Source: Haliotis rufescens
Taxonomy: Eukaryota
Assembly: GCF_023055435.1 (NCBI RefSeq)
Contig: NW_025963968.1
Location: forward strand, 6,882,001-6,946,000
Direction: 5' to 3'
DNA length: 64,000 nucleotides
Shown here: in pieces, positions 50,900-64,000 of the stretch
Position numbering within the stretch: the stretch's first letter is position 1
Layout of the letters: each line of letters starts with the position of its first letter
Position numbers and translations under genes: made by a program
Notes under the pieces: model-generated
The model's input: the letters and a program-made list of their open reading frames with translations, nothing else
The model's database searches: none
What the model was told of the DNA's origin: nothing

Positions 50900-53335
50900 G
50901 TGAGAATTTACAGATTGGGAGATACAACAAAAATTATATAAATATAACATTCATTTAACAATCGGTGATAATCATGAGGACTTTCTAGGGTGAGGTAATT
51001 AAAATTATGAATTTCCACTCAACATGTTATTTCGTAGTTCCATCCCATGTTTTTACAAATAAAGACAGTTTAAACATTACATCGGCATCATTCGATGACA
51101 AAATAGAAACAAAAGCTATTCTACTCGATTTAGATAAGAAACATTCTGGTATATATTTAGTACGTAATTCTGCATAATAAGGACATTCAAAGGTAAAATG
51201 TATTTTGTCTTCTATTGCAGAGTTACAGAATGGACAAATTCTTTGTATTCTTTCAAGTGATATATTCCGTCCATAGTTAATCATAAGTTCTGACAAGCCA
51301 CGTCTGTATTTAATATATCCATTTCTTAGGTGACTATTTGTTAAAACTGATAGATATTTTTCTGGCTCTAATAGAGTCTTAAATGTTCTGTACAAATCAT
51401 AACGTGAACTGTTTTCCAAGTTGCATTGCCACACTTGATAGAACATATTTATTGCTATTTTACGAAAATCATTTAGAAATAAATGTTGATCACCAACAGA
51501 TTGGTTAAGCCATATATACCCATATCCATGTGAGAGTAATAGTGTCCTAATATGCGATATCCATGTAACCTTACCGATACTATCTAAATGAAAGAGCATG
51601 TTATAAGCTTTTTTCGGAAGCCGATGTTCTGGCATACGGATGATATTAAACCAATATTTTAAACACTTTATTTGTGAATTAATGTAAAGTGGGTATCTTC
51701 CACATTCTCCATATATCATATTATTTGGTGTTGCTATTCCAACGCGAAGAAACTATTTACATGCCAGGTGAATTCTTTCTAAACATTCATATCTTCGGTA
51801 ACCCCACACTTTAGATCCATACAATAAAATTGGCTGTATTTGAGTATCAAGTAATTTGAAAAATACTTTTGGAGTAATAACTCCAAGTTTATGTGAAACA
51901 GACATTATATTAAGTAAAGCTCATTTCCCTCGCAGTGATAAGTCAGATACACATTTGTTCATATTTAGTGTTGAATTGAACATTATGCCGAGATACTTAT
52001 AACCATTAACTACATTAATTTGTTGTCCATTTAAGTACCATCTTTCCCTAAATTTTAAAGGACCCCCTTTTCTGAATACTCTAATTTCTGCCTTATCTAA
52101 ATTTACAGATAAATTCCATTCCTTAGTATATTTATCTAATACATTCAACTGATTCTGTAGACCAATAACAGTGTCAGATAGTAAAATAACATCATCAGCA
52201 AAAAGGAGCATAAGAAGTTCAAGGATGTCAGGTTACATCTGTATACCATGCTTGCCGTTACTTGAGATTTCATAATATAATTCGCTTATGAAAAACGAAA
52301 ATAACAGAGGACTCAGTATACATCCCTGACGTAAACCAGATGGGCAATCGATAAAATCAGTAACACCATAATCACTACGTACACATGACTTGATATTTGA
52401 ATACATTGATTGTAGTATATTAAACATCTTCCCTTGTAGTCCGGCTTTTCTTAAACAACACCATAATTTATAACGATCAACTGTATCAAATGCCTTTTTA
52501 AAATCAATAAAAGCAACGTAAACCTTGTGTTTACGACGTGTTAGACATTTTTGAATTGCAGCATATAATGTAAAAATATGATCTCTGGTTGAATAATTTT
52601 TTCTAAAACCAGCTTGAACTTCCGGTATCTTATCTCTCATATTCGCCCAGTTAGTAAGCCTGTTATTCAAAACAGAGGTAAAAATTTTCCCCAGAACACT
52701 CATTAATGAGATCCCCCTGTAGTTTTCAGGGTTTCTCGGATCGCCTTTTTTATGTAGAGGGACTATTTCTGAACAAGACCAACAGTTTGGAAATATTTGA
52801 TTATCAAAGAGTTTGTTGAAACATTTATGAAGAAATGGCATAATATCCAATTGGGAACATTTAAGCATTTCTATCAGCACTTAATCGGGCCCGGCGGATT
52901 GTCCTTTTTTTAACTTATTTATTGATGATGTAATTTCATGTTCAGTTATCGTAGAATTTAGTATGAATGCATCAATATCTGTAAACTGATTAGAACTGAG
53001 TTCATTTTCATCATCTAAGTGAGGAGAAAAAACATTGTCATTTGCAAAAAACTCTCTAAAATGGCACAGCCATTCTGCTTTCGTTATATGATTCTTCTGT
53101 CTGGGTTTGTTTTGTAATGATCTTATCTGTTTCCAAAAGCTAGATTGACTATTTATGCTTCTATGCAATCTTTCAACTGATTTCTTACGTGAAATGGATT
53201 TATATTTTCTGCAACAAAATTTATAATGATTTCTTTGTCTACAGTACACAATTCTGTTAGAGACTGTTCTTTGTGTTCTAAATCTAATCTGTGTTCTAAG
53301 TCGTCCACGTCTAGTCACATCAACTAGACAACCAT
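50900..53335 (-). mobile_element. 5'-truncated LINE with RT domain interrupted by stops (RTE-X-like)
   Basis: IVPLHKKGD..NYRGISL, QAGFRK, FIDFKKAFD, GLRQGCILSPLLF, LLFADD, YKYLG, GECGRYPL and C-terminal CCHC. Confidence 0.92.
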
Positions 53336-53339
53336 ATTC

Positions 53340-53950
53340 AGTTAGTGCATCTGCGGAATCGGTACCAAATGCCACATTAACAGCTCGGACAACTCCTGGG
53401 TTGAGACCAAGTAGTGGCAGAACCGTACGCAATCGGTTGAGGGAGCACAACATCCCGACGTCCATCGATATGCCCAATTTTGCGTCCACGTCACCGTAGG
53501 GCACGCCTTGTATAGTGAAGACATCATCAGGGTTGGAAGACCAGACTGGGGCAGTATACTGTTCAGACATGAGTCCCGGTTTCATCTGGACAGTCCTGGT
53601 CATGCAAAGGTCTTCAGGCGCCCGTTGTTTCAGCGACACTTGTGTTACTCAAGGGACATGAATAATGTTCCACGCTTTGTGCAAATGCAGTGACGTAATG
53701 TCACGTTGCAGCAGGATAATGCCCGTCCACACGTTGTAGTGTTGTAACAAATGTTTTTTAGGCAGCAAAACATTGCGGTACCGCCATGGCTTCCTCTCCT
53801 CCAAAGAACATGTCTGGGATGAGATGAAACGACGCCTACGACAGGAACAGAAACAGCCGGCAACGCTAACTCAGTTGGTCCAATATTTGGCTGTCACATG
53901 GACCAATGAATTTATGAAAAACATCGATCAGACGAATGACAAAACATCAT
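53340..53950 (+). mobile_element. Tc1 transposase fragment
   Basis: WGSILFRHESRF, LQQDNARPH and EHVWDEMKRRLR. Confidence 0.8.
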
Positions 53951-55899
53951 GTTGTTATTTTTAATAGCATAACATTTAGATGACTTCATATGAATCCGAC
54001 TTTATTTGTATATTATTATAGGACCTTAATTTCAAAAGCCCGAGCAGTAATCAACATTACGTACAATAGGAAGCAAGTTTGAAATGGTTTCAAACATAAG
54101 CCTATTGATTTCATCCCAGAAAATGTAATTACCATTTCCTGTAAGCAGATCATATTCAAATATAGAATCATCAAAGAATTACTTTTACATACTTTCAGCA
54201 AGCTTAAACTCACTCAAGCTTAGATCACTTTCATACATATTGGTTTTCTTGCCATTCACTGCAATTTGCTGTCTAGCTGGAGTGATCTATTTTTGTACCA
54301 GAACAATATACGAACATTATGTTTCACAATGTTTATTTGGAAAACGGACTGCGTGGCTATTGTATTACGTTTTGAATATCTCCGGCATTCTCGTTCAGAA
54401 AACACGGATATTCGTCGTATAAATGCCATTAGTTTGCCATGGTAATTTGATGTCGAGGAAACTCTTTCCGCATTTTGACTTGGACGTTAATTTCGGCCAG
54501 GGTAGACTAGGGTATCTATTTAATTGAAAACAAATGAAATATAAAACGTCAATGCCTGAAAATAATCAGTCTCGATTACCTGCCGAAACAGATTCGAGTC
54601 GGCGTGAAAGGTGAAATCAGTGATGTTCGCGAAAAGCCAACGGTTAAAGAAACCCAATTTAACATCATGGCGAGATCAGTAGTTTCTCGTTTCAGTATAT
54701 ATAGCTCTGGGATATTCCTTAACCAGTGTGGGCGCGCCACGATTCATACAATACCACATCCTGTTATTAATCACGATGTGAGTACAATGTGCGAAACTCA
54801 TTTCTGGTGTCCCCTTCCGTGATAATACTGGAATATTGCTAAAAGCGGCGTAAAATCATACTCACTCGCTCACTTAAGCGGCAAGGACTATAGCGCATAA
54901 CACGCCGCGCCTGACCGTATTGTCTCCAGATAGCTGGGAAAGCAATTGGCATTCGCGCTGTGATGGAGATGACAGCTACGTCGTGTAAACGTGTATTAAT
55001 CGCTAACGACCCAAGTAAGTGAATACATTCAATATAATACTTTCTAGTAACTCAACATTGCTATAACAATATGAAAATACTTTGAATGTGTATTTAAGCT
55101 GAACACTTTCATCTACAGGATATTAATTTGTCTATTCTAAAGCGATATATTAGAGTCTGAGATAAGATGTCCACCAGTCTGTAGAGATGACTGACATTTA
55201 AAGATATTGAAATGCTGATAAACTTTCCAATCACATTGGACAAAGGGTCAGTATTAAGTTCATGATTAACCCTTTATGCCCCGTATCGTGCACAGCTAGT
55301 GACTTATTATCCATACGACATTGATTTTATTTTGAAGGTAGTGCACAGACAGTAAAGTATTAACATGATATAATAATAAATGTCTATGTATATGGCGCCA
55401 CAGTCCACATCGATAATATGTTCACGGCGCATATAATGATAGTTATAAGACACATTAAAACAATAAATGTGTACTTTGAATGAGTTAGCACTGACCTAAA
55501 TTAGTCTGGAAGATTATTCTACTTCATGGCAGATAAAGCATCTCAAGTTTAAACTAAACTTGGATAAGTTCAACCTAGGACAGATCTCACAACCATGGAA
55601 TGCACAGAGTGAAAAGTGTTAAGCAATGTCTTTTGAAGTGAAATATTTTCCAATTTTGACTATAACATATAAATGTGTGTGCGAAAATGATGTCATTGTG
55701 GATAAATTACACACATTAAATTAATACATTAACATATGTTTGTGTCATTACAGCAACACCCATCTATAATCAGATGGCTCTTCTGGGTGGATTAATATCT
55801 TCCTGTTCAGAGTCCCGTTCCACAAAGCGATCTTAGCGATAAGAAAGCTTCAATGCTGACCAGTATTATGCATCATCCACACACACTTTTGTGCGTAGC

Positions 55900-56630
55900 A
55901 AAGACAATCAAATCCTAGATGTCAGCCAATATGCTGAAGCTCAACGATGACTAGACTGAGGCCATTGTGACTGAGACAAACCTTTCACAAACCAACTCTC
56001 AAAAATCAACAGATACAGATCGCGGGCCCTGGTCTAACAGAGCGATGGTTGCGCTAATGTAGGTGACTCCCACAGTAACATAGACTTAAGGCAGTAGTAC
56101 ATGTAGTGCTTCGATCGCCTTGAGGAACGGGCCCTTATAATCAGCATCTACATTTTTTCTCAATTATGCATGTTATTTCCATCTGCCAGCAACATGAAAC
56201 ATGAGACGTCTTATCACTGCCGGTGCTTCCCATGCACTTGTCCGTCCCGTTAGTTACTGCAACATCATCTTGTCAGGACTCAGAGGTTCATCGACAAGTT
56301 GCAGTAAAGCCACAATACTGCAGCTCTCATTGTCAGTCGACAAAACGTATGCACATTACAAAAACCTTCAGGTCCTCAAAGACATTCACTGGCTTTCAAT
56401 AAATCAAAGCCAGAATTGAGTTCAAGAAATTGAGCCTGACATACACGTGTCTTTGTGAATCAACACTAACAAACTTGTATGTCATATGTTAGGGGGCCTG
56501 GGCTGCCATCCCAGATCCTCGCAGTTACCCTGTACACTATCATACTCAAAACTTTCTGCTATAGACCATTTTCCCACAGTGCCCCAGTTCTATGGAACAC
56601 TCTGCCTGCAAACATCATACTAAAGGTTTG
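55900..56630 (+). mobile_element. L2/CR1-group LINE 3' fragment
   Basis: NMLKLND, YCNIILSGL, LKDIHWL and APVLWNTLP. Confidence 0.75.
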
Positions 56631-56660
56631 ATTGGCACTCTAGAAGTTGGTGAAATAAGA

Positions 56661-56893
56661 TTTGTTTGTTTGTTGTTTAACGCCGCACTCAGCAATATTC
56701 CAGCTATATGACGGAGGTCTGTAAATAATCAAGTCTGGACCAGATATTCCATTGATTGACATCATGAACATCAATCCGCGCAATTGGGATACGATGACAT
56801 GCATCAGCCAAGTCAGCGAGCCTGACCACCCGACCCTTTTAGTCGCCTCTTGCTGGGTTGCTGAAGACCTTTTCTACCCCGGATCTTCACACG
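56661..56893 (-). mobile_element. SINE-like element (3691 family)
   Basis: Sequence match; (AAAC)n tail. Confidence 0.8.
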
Positions 56894-56909
56894 TTATAAA
56901 TACGCATTA

Positions 56910-57952
56910 TTATTAATTATTATTGACATAATAAAAATGAATCAAAGAGGGTTTGGGTGATCTTGGCACAGTCAGGCTTGTTAGGCTCAGCTCAAGGCAA
57001 TTGCCCCCGGTACACGCAGCCCAGACAGCGAATGGGACTTCTCCCAGGAAGCGCTGCCTTATCAAACCTATCCAGAACGTTTCGGAGAATGTGAAGGCCT
57101 CCCCAAAACTGCAGTCTTCTGCATTACCCAGATTGTCAGAAGGGACAGCAAACCCGGAGGGTCGGACAACTTGGTACTTGGGATGCAAGCGTGACATTTC
57201 GAAAGCGAGGTCCGCATATTTGCCTTGTTTTTTCCCGAATCTTGTCAATCACATTAGGGCTCTGCAGGGTACATATAAGCGATAGAGAGGGGTGGGATCT
57301 ATTGTCTAACATGGTTCTTCGTATGAGGGTGTCAGTACACTGAATTTCTTGTTTCGACCAATCAACAATACTAAAAGGGTACAAAATAACAGGTACAGCA
57401 TAAATATTTGTTGTTTTAACTTTAGTGAGAGCGTTCAGCTCGGAACTACATTTGTGGACTGGTCGAAGTTGTCTCTTGATATGAGCATTCTGAAATTTGT
57501 ACCTAATTACCTGCATCCCTGAGTACGTATAGGCCTGACCTTCCACGAGATGGTCAATAACTCCTCCACCAAGGAAACTGACTGATGCTTCCTCTTCTAT
57601 CTTGCCTGATTTCAAATGAAGAATGTTTCATTTGTCGAGCCCAAAGGGCATGCCAATATCATTAGACAAGGACTCGACAATGAGAATCTATTTTTAGTAT
57701 AGATACTCCATTGGCAGTAAGTTCATTGTGATCCATGTAAAGGGGGTGAGCAAGGGGTGTTTCGGTTCTGTGCTGAGGAAGATAACCTTCCTCTTTGCTA
57801 AACAAAATCTTTAAAGGATCTTATGACATACAGAAAAGCAAAGTAAAAAAGGAATCGCGCTGAAATAGTCCTCTTCTAATAGAAATGGGTTCCGAAATCA
57901 CCACCTGCCCCTGCGACTTCATCTCAAGTTGAGATGACCAGCAATTCATTAA
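56910..57952 (-). mobile_element. R4/Dong-like LINE, 3' part
   Basis: ISIRRGLFQRDS..LLFC, ELNALTKVKTTNIYAVPVILYPFSIVDWSKQEI and KQGKYADLAFEM (restriction-like endonuclease region). Confidence 0.75.
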
Positions 57953-59760
57953 AGCCCTAAGATCCGATCAGCCTAATCGGGGCGCATGCGCAGTAAATAG
58001 TTTACGTATAAGGGAAAATGGGCGGAGATTTCTATTTATAGTAACCCACGTGTCTCAATCTAAAATAACAAATTAACGTTGTTAACCTTTTAAAATTATT
58101 ATAAAAAATGTACCTACGTTTACTCGAGGAAAATGGCGACATAGTCCTTCCAAATCTAATCCCACAGGTTGTCAGTTTTCCGTTTGAGAACTTTAGTCTC
58201 GGCCAGGTGTCTTGGGTTTCTTGCATCAATGACAAATCTTAATGATGTTTTTGGTCTATTTACATGTTCATTCCAGTCTAATACGGCTATATTCGTCCGA
58301 AAACGATAAACATAGTCAGAAAAGTTAATGCTTTTGTTATGATTTTGTAATAGTGAACTGTTGAGACTTTCAACGAAAAACATACAATAAACGTAGTCGC
58401 GGGTGTGTTTATACACAACAGTTCTTTTGAAAGCTTGACACAGAGGTTCAGCCTTTGGGTCACAAATCAGTGTTTTGGATGATTCATCATGCGCGTAGAG
58501 TCTACATCTCGACCTTTCTGAACAGTTAGTATGGATATGCTTGTAATGATTGACAACACTCATAATATTATCGCAGAGCTTGTTAGTATCTTAGTTCCTA
58601 ATGCACCAATAAAAATGAGCATTGATACTTCCTGCCTTGTCCGATAACTCGCGATGCCACGTCACACCCTCTTTGTATTTGGGACCCAAACGCACACATT
58701 TAACTTCCTTTGTAACATTTTTCGTAGCATGCCATGTGTCATTTGTTGACGTTGTAGCAGGGCGCTCGTCCCTGATAAATTTATTGATGACCGTATTCCT
58801 GTCACCATCAAGATATTCACAGACACGCTGAGTTCCAATAAGTTCGTGTTTTTGTGTGATGGCATTGTCTACTTTCGATACAGTTTCCGTCCTGATAACT
58901 TTGTGAGTGTTAGCTCCAAGGCAAACAACATCAGTAACACACGAGTTTTTCCGTGTGGCATGGCTTGCGCCAGTAAGAATGTTAATCCCATACTTATTCG
59001 GGTATGTCACAATGTCTTCTAAAAGTGCATCCTCGCTTGATTCACGACTTAAATCACAAACGACTTCTTTATAGTTTGTAAACATATCAGATATGTCAAA
59101 TCATTTTCATGTTCATTTTCTGGACAGGAAACGAGCATGACAAAATGTGCGAATAAAGTGGATCACAAAGCTTTTCAAGAGCATTGTCGGAGGCACAAAA
59201 CATCTTTTGATTGCATTCATCTGTATTTTCACAATTGAAGAATGAAGAATCACTAGCTAGTAAAAGACTCGTCAATTATATTCGCATCGTCATCTGTTAA
59301 AACATGTGCTGGATCGATATTTTTCTCAATAAAATATAAGAAAGTATCATCGAGAAGTTGATTTTTTATCACAAGATTAGGGTTCCCTTCTCGAAGTAAA
59401 GTTTTGATTTTCTTCGCTTGTTCATAAATGAAATCAATCTCGTCTCTGTTTTCAGCTGAAAAGATCATTTTTCTTTGTGGCGAAGTTCTTCTCTCCAAAT
59501 TTCTTCGTTTCACGGCTTCTGGATTGTCTTTCGAAAATTTTTCCGTTATATAAATCCCGTTAACATCGGTTAAAAAACATTCTAACAATACCTGCCATTT
59601 TTAACAATATTCGTCACTCAATAGATCGGGTGCATAAAATCAGCAGACAGCAAATAGAGAAAAGCGGGACGTGGCTCATGTAACCCACAGATGTGTGACA
59701 GCTAACTTTCAACTTTGATACTTGTTATCGTATACTCGTATCCCACAAGTTTTGTTAATA

Positions 59761-61287
59761 AACTGACGGCCAAAGGAAACGTTACCAACGATTTTTCTAG
59801 GATAAAATATGACCAACACAATTTGAAGCAGCAATAACAATTGTATTGTAGAAATTCATCATTCAGAATACTAGTAAAATGCGAATTTACTAATTCAACA
59901 ACAAAGTCCTTGACCTCCAACAGGGACATTTCTTGACAAGGGGTCATTCGTCCAGTATTCGATCAACAACATTGGTTACAACTTTAAGGTCACGACGGCC
60001 CCGACCGTTCAATACGGGATATGACCTCCATGAGCGGCAAAGCATCTTCGACTGCGGCGACAAGCGTAGACAAGAGTAGACAAGCGTCCTCACATCGACT
60101 GCAGGTATCCAATTCCATTTCTCACGGAGGGCAACGATCAACGCTTGTCTCGTGAAGGGAGGATGTTGACGTTTCCGAAGACGACGCCCCAGCTGGTCCC
60201 AGAGATGTTCTATGGGTGACAGATCTGGTGATCGAGCTGGCCACGGCAGGACAGTCACGTTGTTGGCGTTGAGGAAGTCTCAAGTATTACGGGCTTTATG
60301 GGGTGTGGCGTTATCTTGTTGGAACATCGTCCGTTGTTGACGCTGGATGAAAGGAAGATATTGTCAATGTAGCGTTGTGCCGTCAGATTGCCTCCGATGA
60401 TGATAAGTTCCGTCTTCCCGTCCCCGCAAATGCCGCCCCAGACAATCACACTTCCGCCCCCGTAAGGTTCCACCTCCTGGACAAAACAAGGAGTCGTACG
60501 TTCACCACGTCGTCGATAAACTCGCGTCCGCCGATCAGGTTTGAATAGTTGGAACCTGCTCTCGTCACTAAACAGCACTCGCCGCCATTCTCTTTGTTGC
60601 CATCGCTGAGTTTGCCTGCACCACGTCAATCTGGCACGTCGATGTTGACGGGTCAAGGTCATGCCCTTGAAAGGGCGATAAGCCCGGTGACCATAATGTT
60701 GTCGTTGTCGTCTAGATCTGGTCACTGTTTGTCTGCTGACCGGATGTCCTAAGCTGTTGGCAGCTGATGACGTCACAGTAAGAAATCTGTTCCTCAGATG
60801 AATTACCCGTAAATAGAGGTCATCCTGCGGGGTCGTGACCTTTGGTCTGCCACTCTGTGGTCTGTCTGCGGTTCTGCCAGTCTGTCGGAGACGTGCGACT
60901 ATTCTGGTAATGGTCATCTTGGAGCAGTTCATGTGGCAACCGCTCTCTGTGTCGCTCCCATCTGCAGCATACCTATGGCTCTCTCCCTCTGGACAGCGGT
61001 CAGTCTTGGCATGTTCGTTGGTGTTAATCATCGCAACCAATGATAGGGAACAGATCCGTGCGTAATTTATACACGGAAATTGCACGGTAATTTGGGAAAG
61101 AATGTTTTAAAAAATTGCTGAAAAACACCAATATCTCCAAAATCCGCAAAGCACGTGCAAAGAACGACAGGGAACATGAAGGCTGTATTCGTGAGATGTG
61201 TTCTTTACTGTTTTTGAACAGGTTGGCATCTTTGTTTCAAAGTGGCAAATCAGTTAATGTTGGTAACGTTTCTTTTGGCCGTCAGTT
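59761..61287 (-). mobile_element. Near-complete Tc1 element nested in the Kolobok
   Basis: TIRs AACTGACGGCCAAA(G/A)GAAACGTTACCAAC and TA TSDs; frameshifted transposase (SGRPKVTT, VLFSDESRF, WPARSPDLSPIEHLW). Confidence 0.93.
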
Positions 61288-61374
61288 TATAATACACCAT
61301 TTGTCGATTGGGATTGTTTGAATGTAATGAATGCCATTAACTATCCAGACCAACACAACCCATCCCACCCGACG

Positions 61375-61605
61375 GACCCGTGAAGATCCGGGGTAGAATA
61401 GTTCTCCAGCAACCCATGCTTGCCGTAAAAGGCGACTAACGGGATCGGGTGGTCATGCTCGCTGACTTGGTTGATGCATGTCATCGATCGATGCTCATGA
61501 TATCAATCACTGGATTGTCTGGTCCAGACTCGATTATTTACACACCGCCGTCATATAGCTGGAATATTGCTGAGTGCGGCGTTAAACAACGAACCAACCA
61601 ACCAA
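61375..61605 (+). mobile_element. Full-length SINE-like element with 15-bp TSD
   Basis: TSD CCATCCCACCCGACG at 61360-61374 and 61606-61620; (AACC)n tail. Confidence 0.88.
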
Positions 61606-63185
61606 CCATCCCACCCGACGAGTATGAGGCTACCAACCAACGTTGTGTCACGCGACATAAGAAACAGCTGATCAAATCGTGCTACCATTATTTTGAGGGT
61701 TGTAGAGGGTGCTTCCATAAGATGAAATTTTGATTTATGATGACCAGCCATGTCTAAATATGCTTATTTGTAATATGAAATGTTACAAATTCTCGGTAAG
61801 TAATGAAAAATTCCTTAAATCGCTACAAATCGTATATTCATCACACTTTTTCATGAGGTGTAATATATCTTTCACGTAATGAGTTCTTCCAAATTCTATC
61901 GGTTTTTTATGGGTATCACAACCAAGAAAATTTTGACAGGTAGCTTTCACGTTCGTTCACTGCTCATATATTTCATCACTTTCATGATGTCATCCAAGTT
62001 CACTATTACACTTAATGTTGATGAAATGCAACAAGAAGCCATTCTAAGTTTATTCAATTACTCGGAATGGGATTACGATGCTGCAGTGCAGGACGTTTTC
62101 AGACGCGGGAAAGTGATGCAACGATTGACGAAGCCATGATTAAAGATAAGTTGACTGATGCATGTGAAGATGTCACCCGTGAAGAATATTCGTCAGAGGA
62201 ACCCCCTAATTTTATTGATGCTGAGGATGGAGTTAACGTTTTAGATTGTGATTTGAATGTCAGTATCGACGATCGTTTCCAGGAAATTCAGTGATGTGCA
62301 TTTTGTTTTTGCCGCCCGTGTGTGACAACATTCCCTCAAAGATGGCTTGGCCTAGGCTCCGCCCCTCACGACAGAAATACTTGGGTTCGAAGGACTATTT
62401 ACAAGAACTATTGGATGTTGGACAGACGAAATGCAAGGAGGAAGTGAAATTATGCCCGATTGTGTTTTGAACCATGCATGGCTCGTGGATTCAAATACAT
62501 TGTATTCCGAATATGGATTATCACGTGGTGATAAATATGCTAAACAAGTTGAAATGTGAAAGAAATATCAGCAAATTGTTATGAGGCTTCAGTAGCTAGA
62601 TCTAGATATATTCTATTTGGAATTCCCTTGTCAAAACTTGTTGGGTCTGGCTCACAGATTGTTCCCTGCGGATATGACATTTCAATGTTATTCAAAATAG
62701 CTTACATTCTGACATTTGCAACGAAACATTCTTCACAACATACCTGCATAAAACAATCGTAAACTGTATATGGGTATGTGCTCATTGTGGTATTGAACTT
62801 AACGTCTTTGCAATACCATTTGTTATTTTTTTGGCAGTTTCGTTGCAAGTAAACAAACACTTCGGGAAGTTGTGCCATGTGCCAGTTCGCCACGTGGTTT
62901 ACTATAATTAGATACGCTCGCGCAGTGGACGTCAGCTGACCCCCACGTCTCTTGTGCAAAGATCTGAATATCAGATCGAATGTAATGATTTTTGATATCG
63001 TGTGACTTTTGTTACATTGACTGGTGTAGGGCTAATCTGTCTGCCAAGACTTGGATGTGCATGTTGTTCGTTCTTCAGTTATTCAAGATTTTCGGTCACC
63101 GATTACTCGCTGACCGTTCATCACAACGTCAGTCAAACAGTAAGATTTCGTAAGATGGAACCCTTTTTATAGTCCGGTTGGGACT

Positions 63186-63500
63186 TTAAAGACTTGTGTA
63201 AAACAAGTAGTCGCTCGGAGAGGTCAATACATTCCATGACTTCAAAATCCATTCTCGAGGTACAGAATCATAATTTTGTCTGTAGTCTATCTAACACATT
63301 CAGATGTTACGGTGGTACGTTTTAGCCTCTTCAAGGATCATTTTCTGAACTAGCAATTGATCCTTGCAACCCCAACACCCCATTCTGGCTCCTTTCTCAT
63401 TGGAAGCGCTGTATGATGATACAAGATCTGTAAGACATCCTGTAAATATTTCGTATTGTTATACAAATATACCTCTATTAGGAATCTTGCAATTCATTGG
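63186..63500 (-). mobile_element. R4/Dong-like LINE, upstream RT part
   Basis: GCKDQLLVQKMILEEAK..IDYRQNYDSVPREWILK; continues in frame into 57952 once the insert is removed. Confidence 0.78.
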
Positions 63501-64000
63501 TTAATCCGTACCACGTGACGAAACAATACATTTCAGTGTAGACCCCCAAATGTGACGGACACTGACCTCGAATATTGACTCGTCACATTATCATTATTGA
63601 CCTGTCACATGATGAATATTGACTCGTCTGCTAGAAAACAAGATGGCGTCGGGCATACTGACATTTTACGGTTCGCAGCTTAGTGTAATGAAACAGAGGT
63701 GGGTTAAAGGCTTCATAAACTCAAACGTGAATTTCGGTATAAGAAAACAATTAATTACTCTTGACCATCGGACACGACCTCTGCCGATGGTTCCTCGAGG
63801 CTGCAGTTGCCGGGTACCAGATCTGTTTAAAAAACCTTTCACTGGAATCCACGGTGGGTCTTTTTTCATCACTGCCACTGGTTGCATTTAATTCCCTATA
63901 CAATATTAGATTTGAACAGTTTATTTTGATTTATGAAAATTTCTTTCTCGTCCCACTTCCTTTTTCTTTCAAAAGTACCCAAAAAACCTTTGCCTTCAGA

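Larger units (their letters stand above)
57953..63185 (-). mobile_element. Kolobok-type DNA transposon (decayed transposase on minus about 58150-59600; divergent accessory ORF on plus about 61980-62500)
   Basis: TTAA at 57949-57952 and 63186-63189 with AG...CT termini. Transposase motifs DRN..NDTWH..K, HFYWC and VESLNS..R..IAVLDWNEHVNR. Accessory ORF has CFCRPCVT..YKNYW..EIMPDCV. Confidence 0.75.

Noticed and set aside
52881-53639. 252-aa ORF as a novel gene
   Set aside because: It is a chance fusion of antisense Tc1 sequence with the LINE linker region.

Overview
AT-rich eukaryotic DNA. The SINE families and protein type suggest a marine gastropod such as an abalone, but this is inference only. 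There are two assembly gaps. Positions 1-26 kb hold a tandem array of four head-to-head gene pairs encoding small secreted Gly/Met/Tyr/Leu-rich proteins (signal peptide, GGL and GGMGGLY repeats, C-terminal GYY): seven intact three-exon genes and one decayed partner. Each pair shares an approximately 295-bp bidirectional promoter with two outward-facing TATA/Inr cores. The ORF track misses the non-coding first exons and the 17-23 nt last coding exons. The array shows gene conversion, dead exon-2 duplicates and one-sided promoter decay, an architecture that recalls the silkmoth chorion locus. This is the best candidate for an undescribed system. Positions 26-64 kb are mostly transposon debris: a 64-bp satellite, a three-copy tandem duplication ending inside a mariner, a MULE, Penelope-like fragments with hammerhead motifs, several LINEs, Tc1 elements, SINEs, and a nested R4/Dong LINE > Kolobok > (Tc1 + SINE) insertion. 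All alignments and coordinates were worked out by eye, and repeat boundaries are approximate.
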